A stretch of DNA of 64,000 nucleotides, taken from the NCBI GenBank assembly GCA_964057225.1, contig OZ059894.1, forward strand, positions 3,534,001 to 3,598,000, read 5' to 3'. A program made the translations under genes and the position numbers. The stretch comes from Auanema rhodensis (taxonomy: Eukaryota > Animalia > Nematoda). Positions 30,001-42,850 of this stretch are shown here, one piece after another (within the stretch, counting starts at the first letter, position 1; the number at the start of each line of letters is the position of its first letter). The notes under the pieces were generated by a model. It was not told the DNA's origin. It saw only the letters and a list, made by a program, of their open reading frames with translations, and made no database searches.

Positions 30001-33000
30001 TTACCATCCACCAATATCAATAAAAATTTGTTTTTAGACTAATATGGACATGGGGAATCTAATTTTGAAAACCGCATCCCTTTATCTTTCACGTGAAGCA
30101 AGTTACATACCAAGTGCACATCATGTGTACACTTAATTAGCATAAATTAAAGTTCACGTAAATTTTAAAGTCATGGTTACCATGCACCAATATCAATAAA
30201 AATTTGTTTTTAGAGTAATATGGACATGGGGAATCTAATTTTGAAAACCGCATCCCTTTATCTTTCACGTGAAGCAAGTTACATACCAAGTGCACATCAT
30301 GTGTACACTTAATTAGCATAAATTAAAGTTCACGTAAATTTCAAAGTCATGGTTACCATCCACCAATATCAATAAAAATTTGTTTTTAGACTAATATGGA
30401 CATGGGGAATCTAATTTTGAAAACCGCATCCCTTTATCTTTCACGTGAAGCAAGTTAAATACCAAGTGCACATCATGTGTACACTTAATTAGCATAAATT
30501 AAAGTCCACGTAAATTTCAAAGTCATGGTTACCATCCACCAATATCAATAAAAATTTGTTTTTAGACTAAAATGGACATGGGGAATCTAATTTTGAAAAC
30601 CGCATCTCTTCATCTTTCACGTGAAGCGAGTTACATACCAAGTGCACATCACGTGTACACTTAATAAGCATAAATTAAAGTTCACGTAAATTTCAAAGTC
30701 ATGGTTACCATGCACCAATATCAATAAAAATTTGTTTTTAGACTAATTTGGAAATGGGGAATCTATTTTGAAAACCGCATCTCTTCATCTTTCACGTGAA
30801 GCGAGTTACATACCAAGTGCACATCACGTGTACACTTAATTAGCATAAATTAAAGTTCACGTAAATTTCAAAGTCATGGTTACCATCCACCAATATCAAT
30901 AAAAATTTGTTTTTAGACTAATATGGACATGGGGAATCTAATTTTGAAAACCGCATCCCTTTATCTTTCACGTGAAGCAAGTTAAATACCAAGTGCACAT
31001 CATGTGTACACTTAATTAGCATAAATTAAAGTTCACGTAAATTTCAAAGTCATGGTTACCATCCACCAATATCAACAAAAATGTGTTTTTAGACTAATAT
31101 GGACATGGGGAATCTAATTTCGAAAAGCGCATCTCTTCATCTTTCACGTGAAGCGAGTTACATACCAAGTGCACATCACGTGTACACTTAATAAGCATAA
31201 ATTAAAGTTCACGTAAATTTCAAAGTCATGGTTACCATGCACCAATATCAATAAAAATTTGTTTTTAGACTAATTTGGAAATGGGGAATCTATTTTGAAA
31301 ACCGCATCTCTTCATCTTTCACGTGAAGCGAGTTACATACCAAGTGCACATCACGTGTACACTTAATTAGCATAAATTGAAGTTCACGTAAATTTCAAAG
31401 TCATGGTTACCATGCACCAATATCAATAAAAATTTTTTTTTAGACTAATATGGACATGGGGAATCTAATTTTGAAAACCGCATCCCTTTATCTTTCACGT
31501 GAAGCGAGTTACATACCAAGTGCACATCACGTGTACACTTAATTAGCATAAATTAAAGTTCACGTAAGTTTCAAAGTCATGGTTACCATGCACCAATATC
31601 AATAAAAATTCGTTTTTAGACTAATATGGACATGAGGAATCTAATTTTTTCGAAAACCGCATCTCTTCATCTTTCACGTGAAGCGAGTTACATACCAAGT
31701 GCACATCATGTGTACACTCAATTAGCATAAATTAAAGTTCACGTAAATTTCAAAGTCATGGTTACCATGCACCAATATTAATAAAAATTTGTTTTTAGAC
31801 TAATATGGACATGGGGAATCTAATTTTGAAAACCGCATCTCTTTATCTTTGACGTGAAGCGAGTTACATACCAAGTGCACATCACGTGTACACTTAATAA
31901 GCATAAATTAAAGTTCACGTAAATTTCAAAGTCATGGTTACCATGCACCAATATCAATAAAAATTTGTTTTTAGACTAACATGGACATGGGGAATCTAAT
32001 TTTGAAAACCGCATCTCTTTATCTTTCACGTGAAGCGAGTTACATACCAAGTGCACATCACGTGTACATTTAATTAGCATAAATTAAAGTTCACGTAAAT
32101 TTTAAAGTCATGGTTACCATGCACCAATATCAATAAAAATTTGTTTTTAGACTAATATGGACATGGGGAATCTAATTTTGAAAACCGCATCTCTTTATCT
32201 TTGACGTGAAGCGAGTTATATACCAAGTGCACATCATGTGTACACTTAATTAGCATAAATTAAAGTTCACGTAAATTTCAAAGTCATGGTTACCATCCAC
32301 CAATATCAACAAAAATTTGTTTTTAGACTAATATGGACATGGGGAATCTAATTTTGAAAACCGCATCTCTTCATCTTTCACGTGAAGCGAGTTACATACC
32401 AAGTGCACATCACGTGTACACTTAATTAGCATAAATTAAAGTTCACGTAAATTTTAAAGTCATGGTTACCATGCACCAATATCAATAAAAATTTGTTTTT
32501 AGACTAATATGGACATGGGGAATCTAATTTTGAAAACCGCATCTCTTTATCTTTGACGTGAAGCGAGTTACATACCGAGTGCACATCACGTGTACACTTA
32601 ATTAGCATAAATTAAAGTTCACTTAAATTTCAAAGTCATGGTTACCATCCACCAATATCAACAAAAATTTGTTTTTAGACTAATATGGACATGGGGAATC
32701 TAATTTTGAAAACCGCATCTCTTCATCTTTTACGTGAAGCGAGTTACATACCAAGTGCACATCACGTGTACACTTAATTAGCATAAATTAAAGTTCACGT
32801 AAATTTCAAAGTCATGGTTACCATCCACCAATATCAATAAAAATTTGTTTTTAGACTAATATGGACATGGGGAATCTAATTTTGAAAACCGCATCCCTTT
32901 ATCTTTCACGTGAAGCAAGTTACATACCAAGTGCACATCACGTGTACACTTAATAAGCATAAATTAAAGTTCACGTAAATTTCAAAGTCATGGTTACCAT

Positions 33001-36000
33001 GCACCAATATCAATAAAAATTTGTTTATAGACTAATATGGACATGAGGAATCTAATTTTTTTGAAAACCGCATCTCTTCATCTTTCACGTGAAGCGAGTT
33101 ACATACCGAGTGCACATCACGTGTACACTTAATTAGCATAAATTAAAGTTCACTTAAATTTCAAAGTCATGGTTACCATCCACCAATATCAACAAAAATT
33201 TGTTTTTAGACTAATATGGACATGGGGAATCTAATTTTGAAAACCGCATCTCTTCATCTTTTACGTGAAGCGAGTTACATACCAAGTGCACATCACGTGT
33301 ACACTTAATTAGCATAAATTAAAGTTCACGTAAATTTCAAAGTCATGGTTACCATCCACCAATATCAATAAAAATTTGTTTTTAGACTAATATGGACATG
33401 GGGAATCTAATTTTGAAAACCGCATCCCTTTATCTTTCACGTGAAGCAAGTTACATACCAAGTGCACATCATGTGTACACTTAATTAGCATAAATTAAAG
33501 TTCACGTAAATTTTAAAGTCATGGTTACCATGCACCAATATCAATAAAAATTTGTTTTTAGAGTAATATGGACATGGGGAATCTAATTTTGAAAACCGCA
33601 TCCCTTTATCTTTCACGTGAAGCAAGTTACATACCAAGTGCACATCACGTGTACACTTAATTAGCATAAATTAAAGTTCACGTAAGTTTCAAAGTCATGG
33701 TTACCATGCACCAATATCAATAAAAATTCGTTTTTAGACTAATATGGACATGAGGAATCTAATTTTTTCGAAAACCGCATCTCTTCATCTTTCACGTGAA
33801 GCGAGTTACATACCAAGTGCACATCATGTGTACACTCAATCAGCATAAATTAAAGTTCACGTAAATTTCAAAGTCATGGTTACCATGCACCAATATTAAT
33901 AAAAATTTGTTTTTAGACTAATATGGACATGGGGAATCTAATTTTGAAAACCGCATCTCTTTATCTTTGACGTGAAGCGAGTTATATACCAAGTGCACAT
34001 CATGTGTACACTTAATTAGCATAAATTAAAGTTCACGTAAATTTCAAAGTCATGGTTACCATCCACCAATATCAACAAAAATTTGTTTTTAGACTAATAT
34101 GGACATGGGGAATCTAATTTTGAAAACCGCATCTCTTCATCTTTCACGTGAAGCGAGTTACATACCAAGTGCACATCACGTGTACACTTAATTAGCATAA
34201 ATTAAAGTTCACGTAAATTTTAAAGTCATGGTTACCATGCACCAATATCAATAAAAATTTGTTTTTAGACTAATATGGACATGGGGAATCTAATTTTGAA
34301 AACCGCATCTCTTTATCTTTGACGTGAAGCGAGTTACATACCGAGTGCACATCACGTGTACACTTAATTAGCATAAATTAAAGTTCACTTAAATTTCAAA
34401 GTCATGGTTACCATCCACCAATATCAACAAAAATTTGTTTTTAGACTAATATGGACATGGGGAATCTAATTTTGAAAACCGCATCTCTTCATCTTTTACG
34501 TGAAGCGAGTTACATACCAAGTGCACATCACGTGTACACTTAATTAGCATAAATTAAAGTTCACGTAAATTTCAAAGTCATGGTTACCATCCACCAATAT
34601 CAATAAAAATTTGTTTTTAGACTAATATGGACATGGGGAATCTAATTTTGAAAACCGCATCCCTTTATCTTTCACGTGAAGCAAGTTACATACCAAGTGC
34701 ACATCACGTGTACACTTAATAAGCATAAATTAAAGTTCACGTAAATTTCAAAGTCATGGTTACCATGCACCAATATCAATAAAAATTTGTTTATAGACTA
34801 ATATGGACATGAGGAATCTAATTTTTTTGAAAACCGCATCTCTTCATCTTTCACGTGAAGCGAGTTACATACCGAGTGCACATCACGTGTACACTTAATT
34901 AGCATAAATTAAAGTTCACTTAAATTTCAAAGTCATGGTTACCATCCACCAATATCAACAAAAATTTGTTTTTAGACTAATATGGACATGGGGAATCTAA
35001 TTTTGAAAACCGCATCTCTTCATCTTTTACGTGAAGCGAGTTACATACCAAGTGCACATCACGTGTACACTTAATTAGCATAAATTAAAGTTCACGTAAA
35101 TTTCAAAGTCATGGTTACCATCCACCAATATCAATAAAAATTTGTTTTTAGACTAATATGGACATGGGGAATCTAATTTTGAAAACCGCATCCCTTTATC
35201 TTTCACGTGAAGCAAGTTACATACCAAGTGCACATCATGTGTACACTTAATTAGCATAAATTAAAGTTCACGTAAATTTTAAAGTCATGGTTACCATGCA
35301 CCAATATCAATAAAAATTTGTTTTTAGAGTAATATGGACATGGGGAATCTAATTTTGAAAACCGCATCCCTTTATCTTTCACGTGAAGCAAGTTACATAC
35401 CAAGTGCACATCATGTGTACACTTAATTAGCATAAATTAAAGTTCACGTAAATTTCAAAGTCATGGTTACCATCCACCAATATCAATAAAAATTTGTTTT
35501 TAGACTAATATGGACATGGGGAATCTAATTTTGAAAACCGCATCCCTTTATCTTTCACGTGAAGCAAGTTAAATACCAAGTGCACATCATGTGTACACTT
35601 AATTAGCATAAATTAAAGTCCACGTAAATTTCAAAGTCATGGTTACCATCCACCAATATCAATAAAAATTTGTTTTTAGACTAATATGGACATGGGGAAT
35701 CTAATTTTGAAAACCGCATCTCTTTATCTTTGACTTGAAGCGAGTTACATACCAAGTGCACATCATGTGTACACTTAATTAGCATAAATTAAAGTTCACG
35801 TAAATTTCAAAGTCATGGTTACCATCCACCAATATCAACAAAAATTTGTTTTTAGACTAATATGGACATGGGGAATCTAATTTTGAAAACCGCATCTCTT
35901 CATCTTTCACGTGAAGCGAGTTACATACCAAGTGCACATCACGTGTACACTTAATTAGCATAAATTAAAGTTCACGTAAATTTTAAAGTCATGGTTACCA

Positions 36001-39000
36001 TGCACCAATATCAATAAAAATTTGTTTTTAGACTAATATGGACATGGGGAATCTAATTTTGAAAACCGCATCTCTTTATCTTTGACGTGAAGCGAGTTAC
36101 ATACCGAGTGCACATCATGTGTACACTTAATTAGCATAAATTAAAGTTCACTTAAATTTCAAAGTCATGGTTACCATCCACCAATATCAACAAAAATTTG
36201 TTTTTAGACTAATATGGACATGGGGAATCTAATTTTGAAAACCGCATCTCTTCATCTTTTACGTGAAGCGAGTTACATACCAAGTGCACATCACGTGTAC
36301 ACTTAATTAGCATAAATTAAAGTTCACGTAAATTTCAAAGTCATGGTTACCATCCACCAATATCAATAAAAATTTGTTTTTAGACTAATATGGACATGGG
36401 GAATCTAATTTTGAAAACCGCATCCCTTTATCTTTCACGTGAAGCAAGTTACATACCAAGTGCACATCATGTGTACACTTAATTAGCATAAATTAAAGTT
36501 CACGTAAATTTTAAAGTCATGGTTACCATGCACCAATATCAATAAAAATTTGTTTTTAGACTAATATGGACATGGGGAATCTAATTTTGAAAACCGCATC
36601 TCTTCATCTTTCACGTGAAGCGAGTTACATACCAAGTGCACATCACGTGTACACTTAATAAGCATAAATTAAAGTTCACGTAAATTTCAAAGTCATGGTT
36701 ACCATGCACCAATATCAATAAAAATTCGTTTTTAGACTAATATGGACATGAGGAATCTAATTTTGAAAACCGCATCTCTTCATCTTTCACGTGAAGCGAG
36801 TTACATACCAAGTGCACATCATGTGTACACTTAATTAGCATAAATTAAAGTTCACGTAAATTTCAAAGTCATGGTTACCATGCACCAATATTAATAAAAA
36901 TTTGTTTTTAGACTAATATGGACATGGGGAATCTAATTTTGAAAACCGCATCTCTTTATCTTTGACGTGAAGCGAGTTACATACCAAGTGCACATCATGT
37001 GTACACTTAATTAGCATAAATTAAAGTTCACGTAAATTTCAAAGTCATGGTTACCATCCACCAATATCAACAAAAATGTGTTTTTAGACTAATATGGACA
37101 TGGGGAATCTAATTTCGAAAAGCGCATCTCTTCATCTTTCACGTGAAGCGAGTTACATACCAAGTGCACATCATGTGTACACTTAATTAGCATAAATTAA
37201 AGTTCACGTAAATTTCAAAGTCATGGTTACCATGCACCAATATCAATAAAAATTTTTTTTTAGACTAATATGGACATGGGGAATCTAATTTTGAAAACCG
37301 CATCCCTTTATCTTTCACGTGAAGCGAGTTACATACCAAGTGCACATCACGTGTACACTTAATAAGCATAAATTAAAGTTCACGTAAATTTCAAAGTCAT
37401 GGTTACCATGCACCAATATCAATAAAAATTCGTTTTTAGACTAATATGGACATGAGGAATCTAATTTTTTTGAAAACCGCATCTCTTCATCTTTCACGTG
37501 AAGCAAGTTACATACCAAGTGCACATCATGTGTACACTCAATTAGCATAAATTAAAGTTCACGTAAATTTCAAAGTCATGGTTACCATGCACCAATATTA
37601 ATAAAAATTTGTTTTTAGACTAATATGGACATGGGGAATCTAATTTTGAAAACCGCAACTCTTTATCTTTGACGTAAAGCGAGTTACATACCAAGTGCAC
37701 ATCATGTGTACACTTAATTAGCATAAATTAAAGTTCACGTAAATTTTAAAGTCATGGTTGCCATGCACCAATATCAATAAAAATTTGTTTTTAGACTAAC
37801 ATGGAAATGGGGAATCTAATTTTGAAAACCGCATCTCTTTATCTTTCACGTGAAGCGAGTTACATACCAAGCGCACATCATGTGTACACTTAATTAGCAT
37901 AAATTAAAGTTCACGTAAATTTCAAAGTCATGGTTACCATGCACCAATATCAATAAAAATTTGTTTTTAGACTAATATGGACATGGGGAATCTAATTTTT
38001 TTGAAAACCGCATCTCTTCATCTTTCACGTGAAGCAAGTTACATACCAAGTGCACATCATGTGTACACTTAATTAGCATAAATTAAAGTTCACGTAAATT
38101 TCAAAGTCATGGTTACCATGCACCAATATCAATAAAAATTTTTTTTTAGACTAATATGGACATGGGGAATCTAATTTTGAAAACCGCATCCCTTTATCTT
38201 TCACGTGAAGCGAGTTACATACCAAGTGCACATCACGTGTACACTTAATAAGCATAAATTAAAGTTCACGTAAATTTCAAAGTCATGGTTACCATGCACC
38301 AATATCAATAAAAATTCGTTTTTAGACTAATATGGACATGAGGAATCTAATTTTTTTGAAAACCGCATCTCTTCATCTTTCACGTGAAGCAAGTTACATA
38401 CCAAGTGCACATCATGTGTACACTCAATTAGCATAAATTAAAGTTCACGTAAATTTCAAAGTCATGGTTACCATGCACCAATATTAATAAAAATTTGTTT
38501 TTAGACTAATATGGACATGGGGAATCTAATTTTGAAAACCGCAACTCTTTATCTTTGACGTAAAGCGAGTTACATACCAAGTGCACATCATGTGTACACT
38601 TAATTAGCATAAATTAAAGTTCACGTAAATTTTAAAGTCATGGTTGCCATGCACCAATATCAATAAAAATTTGTTTTTAGACTAACATGGAAATGGGGAA
38701 TCTAATTTTGAAAACCGCATCTCTTTATCTTTCACGTGAAGCGAGTTACATACCAAGCGCACATCATGTGTACACTTAATTAGCATAAATTAAAGTTCAC
38801 GTAAATTTCAAAGTCATGGTTACCATGCACCAATATCAATAAAAATTTGTTTTTAGACTAATATGGACATGGGGAATCTAATTTTGAAAACCGCATCTCT
38901 TTATCTTTGACGTAAAGCGAGTTACATACCAAGTGCACATCATGTGTACACTTAATTAGCATAAATTAAAGTTCACGTAAATTTCAAAGTCATGGTTACC

Positions 39001-42000
39001 ATTCACCAATATTAATAAAAATTTGTTTTTAGACTAATATGGAAATGGGGAATCTAATTTTGAAAACCGCATCTCTTCATCTTTCACGTGAAGCGAGTTA
39101 CATACCAAGTGCACATCATGTGTACACTTAATTAGCATAAATTAAAGTTCACGTAAATTTCAAAGTCATGGTTACCATGCACCAATATCAATAAAAATTT
39201 GTTTTTAGACTAATATGGACATGGGGAATCTAATTTTGAAAACCGCATCTCTTTATCTTTCACGTGAAGCGAGTTACATACCAAGTGCACATCATGTGTA
39301 CACTTAATTAGCATAAATTAAAGTTCACGTAAATTTCAAAGTCATGGTTGCCATGCACCAATATCAATAAATATTTGTTTTTAGACTAATTTGGAAATGG
39401 GGAATCTATTTTGAAAACCGCATCTCTTCATCTTTCACGTGAAGCGAGTTACATACCAAGTGCACATCACGTGTACACTTAATTAGCATAAATTGAAGTT
39501 CACGTAAATTTCAAAGTCATGGTTACCATGCACCAATATCAATAAAAATTTGTTTTTAGACTAATATGGAAATGGGGAATCTAATTTTGAAAACCGCATC
39601 TCTTTATCTTTGACGTAAAGCGAGTTACATACCAAGTGCACATCATGTGTACACTTAATTAGCATAAATTAAAGTTCACGTAAATTTCAAAGTCATGGTT
39701 ACCATTCACCAATATTAATAAAAATTTGTTTTTAGACTAATATGGAAATGGGGAATCTAATTTTGAAAACCGCATCTCTTCATCTTTCACGTGAAGCGAG
39801 TTACATACCAAGTGCACATCATGTGTACACTTAATTAGCATAAATTAAAGTTCACGTAAATTTCAAAGTCATGGTTACCATGCACCAATATCAATAAAAA
39901 TTTGTTTTTAGACTAATATGGACATGGGGAATCTAATTTTGAAAACCGCATCCCTTTATCTTTCACGTGAAGCGAGTTACATACCAAGTGCACATCACGT
40001 GTACACTTAATAAGCATAAATTAAAGTTCACGTAAATTTCAAAGTCATGGTTACCATGCACCAATATCAATAAAAATCCGTTTTTAGACTAATATGGACA
40101 TGGGGAATCTAATTTTGAAAACCGCATCTCTTTATCTTTGACGTAAAGCGAGTTACATACCAAGTGCACATCATGTGTACACTTAATTAGCATAAATTAA
40201 AGTTCACGTAAATTTCAAAGTCATGGTTACCATTCACCAATATTAATAAAAATTTGTTTTTAGACTAATATGGAAATGGGGAATCTAATTTTGAAAACCG
40301 CATCTCTTCATCTTTCACGTGAAGCGAGTTACATACCAAGTGCACATCATGTGTACACTTAATTAGCATAAATTAAAGTTCACGTAAATTTCAAAGTCAT
40401 GGTTACCATGCACCAATATCAATAAAAATTTGTTTTTAGACTAATATGGACATGGGGAATCTAATTTTGAAAACCGCATCTCTTTATCTTTCACGTGAAG
40501 CGAGTTACATACCAAGTGCACATCATGTGTACACTTAATTAGCATAAATTAAAGTTCACGTAAATTTCAAAGTCATGGTTGCCATGCACCAATATCAATA
40601 AAAATTTGTTTTTAGACTAATTTGGAAATGGGGAATCTATTTTGAAAACCGCATCTCTTCATCTTTCACGTGAAGCGAGTTACATACCAAGTGCACATCA
40701 CGTGTACACTTAATTAGCATAAATTGAAGTTCACGTAAATTTCAAAGTCATGGTTACCATGCACCAATATCAATAAAAATTTGTTTTTAGACTAATATGG
40801 AAATGGGGAATCTAATTTTGAAAACCGCATCTCTTTATCTTTGACGTAAAGCGAGTTACATACCAAGTGCACATCATGTGTACACTTAATTAGCATAAAT
40901 TAAAGTTCACGTAAATTTCAAAGTCATGGTTACCATTCACCAATATTAATAAAAATTTGTTTTTAGACTAATATGGAAATGGGGAATCTAATTTTGAAAA
41001 CCGCATCTCTTCATCTTTCACGTGAAGCGAGTTACATACCAAGTGCACATCATGTGTACACTTAATTAGCATAAATTAAAGTTCACGTAAATTTCAAAGT
41101 CATGGTTACCATGCACCAATATCAATAAAAATTTGTTTTTAGACTAATATGGACATGGGGAATCTAATTTTGAAAACCGCATCCCTTTATCTTTCACGTG
41201 AAGCGAGTTACATACCAAGTGCACATCACGTGTACACTTAATAAGCATAAATTAAAGTTCACGTAAATTTCAAAGTCATGGTTACCATGCACCAATATCA
41301 ATAAAAATCCGTTTTTAGACTAATATGGACATGGGGAATCTAATTTTGAAAACCGCATCCCTTTATCTTTCACGTGAAGCGAGTTACATACCAAGTGCAC
41401 ATCACGTGTACACTTAATTAGCATAAATTAAAGTTCACGTAAATTTCAAAGTCATGGTTACCATGCACCAATATCAATAAAAATTTTTTTTTAGACTAAT
41501 ATGGACATGGGGAATCTAATTTTGAAAACCGCATCCCTTTATCTTTCACCTGAAGCGAGTTACATACCAAGTGCACATCACGTGTACACTTAATAAGCAT
41601 AAATTAAAGTTCACGTAAATTTCAAAGTCATGGTTACCATCCACCAATATCAACAAAAATTTGTTTTTAGACTAATATGGACATGGGGAATCTAATTTTG
41701 AAAACCGCATCTCTTCATCTTTTACGTGAAGCGAGTTACATACCAAGTGCACATCACGTGTACACTTAATTAGCATAAATTAAAGTTCACGTAAATTTCA
41801 AAGTCATGGTTACCATCCACCAATATCAATAAAAATTTGTTTTTAGACTAATATGGACATGGGGAATCTAATTTTGAAAACCGCATCCCTTTATCTTTCA
41901 CGTGAAGCAAGTTACATACCAAGTGCACATCATGTGTACACTTAATTAGCATAAATTAAAGTTCACGTAAATTTTAAAGTCATGGTTACCATGCACCAAT

Positions 42001-42310
42001 ATCAATAAAAATTTGTTTTTAGACTAATATGGACATGGGGAATCTAATTTTGAAAACCGCATCCCTTTATCTTTCACGTGAAGCAAGTTACATACCAAGT
42101 GCACATCATGTGTACACTTAATTAACATAAATTAAAGTTCACGTAAATTTCAAAGTCATGGTTACCATCCACCAATATCAATAAAAATTTGTTTTTAGAC
42201 TAATATGGACATGGGGAATCTAATTTTGAAAACCGCATCCCTTTATCTTTCACGTGAAGCAAGTTAAATACCAAGTGCACATCATGTGTACACTTAATTA
42301 GCATAAATTA
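1..42310. repeat. 176-bp tandem satellite DNA array, left arm (~240 monomers; continues beyond the window start)
   Basis: Monomer AGTGCACATCATGTGTACACTTAATTAGCATAAATTAAAGTTCACGTAAATTTCAAAGTCATGGTTACCATGCACCAATATCAATAAAAATTTGTTTTTAGACTAATATGGACATGGGGAATCTAATTTTGAAAACCGCATCTCTTTATCTTTCACGTGAAGCGAGTTACATACCA recurs at 1, 177, 353 and so on. Copies differ by a few recurrent SNPs and 1-3 bp indels in the AATTTT tract. Confidence 0.99.
42306..42310 (+). repeat. Target-site duplication, left copy (AATTA)
   Basis: The empty site is GCATAAATTAAAGTTC. The left flank ends GCATAAATTA and the right flank begins AATTAAAGTTC. Confidence 0.85.
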
Positions 42311-42850
42311 GTCAAGGTTTATTGTTCTTTATCACAGGTTGTAACATTAGTGGTTTTTAAGAGAAGAAGTATGAAAAAAGATCCTTACAATACGAACATA
42401 ATTATAAAAATTAAAAAATGAATAAGCAATAAATGTGCAAAGTTGAAAAGAGTTATTGAATCAATTTTGTCTTTTAAGATACATACTTTTAGCTAGTCTC
42501 TCTATGTATTATGAAATGTTAACCCATTCTCAAAAAAACAGGGGAGTTGTTCAAATCAGATAAGTGATCTGACCTCTTTTTTTACGTTTACCAGGTGCGG
42601 TGGAACTTATAATAAAGTCGAGCCCGTTCTGGTAAGAAGAGGTAACTGTCACCTGGTTCGTATGGCCAATGCCTATAGAAACTATGGTGAAGTAACAGTG
42701 TAGCAAAGACGGAAGCGAGGATGTGGTTGGAACAAAACAGTGACACATAAAGTAACTTAGCTTTAAAAAGTTATAAAAAAACATATTGAGACAATAATTC
42801 AAAAAAATAGGACGCTAGACAAATATAGTACAAAAATGAGAAAAATAAAT
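42311..42850 (-). other. 540-bp 3' UTR of the LINE
   Basis: Lies between the ORF2 stop (42851-42853) and the satellite junction. T-rich on the sense strand with a more GC-rich core near 42550-42740. Confidence 0.85.
42318..42323 (-). promoter_or_regulatory. AATAAA polyadenylation-signal-like hexamer 7 nt from the element's 3' end
   Basis: Plus strand TTTATT. The sense strand ends ...GAACAATAAACCTTGAC followed by target TAATT. Confidence 0.6.

Noticed and set aside
25560-35433. Six near-identical 60-aa minus-strand ORFs (MLIKCT...)
   Set aside because: Each is one satellite monomer in which point variants (GAGTAAT, TTTTAAAG) remove stop codons. There are no protein motifs, so they are by-products of the repeat.
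1-42310. CRISPR-like array
   Set aside because: There are no unique spacers, since the whole 176-bp unit repeats, and there are no cas genes.
42551-42802. 83-aa ORF in the 3' UTR (possible ORF3)
   Set aside because: TTG start, composition typical of translated T-rich UTR, no motifs. It cannot be supported without conservation data.
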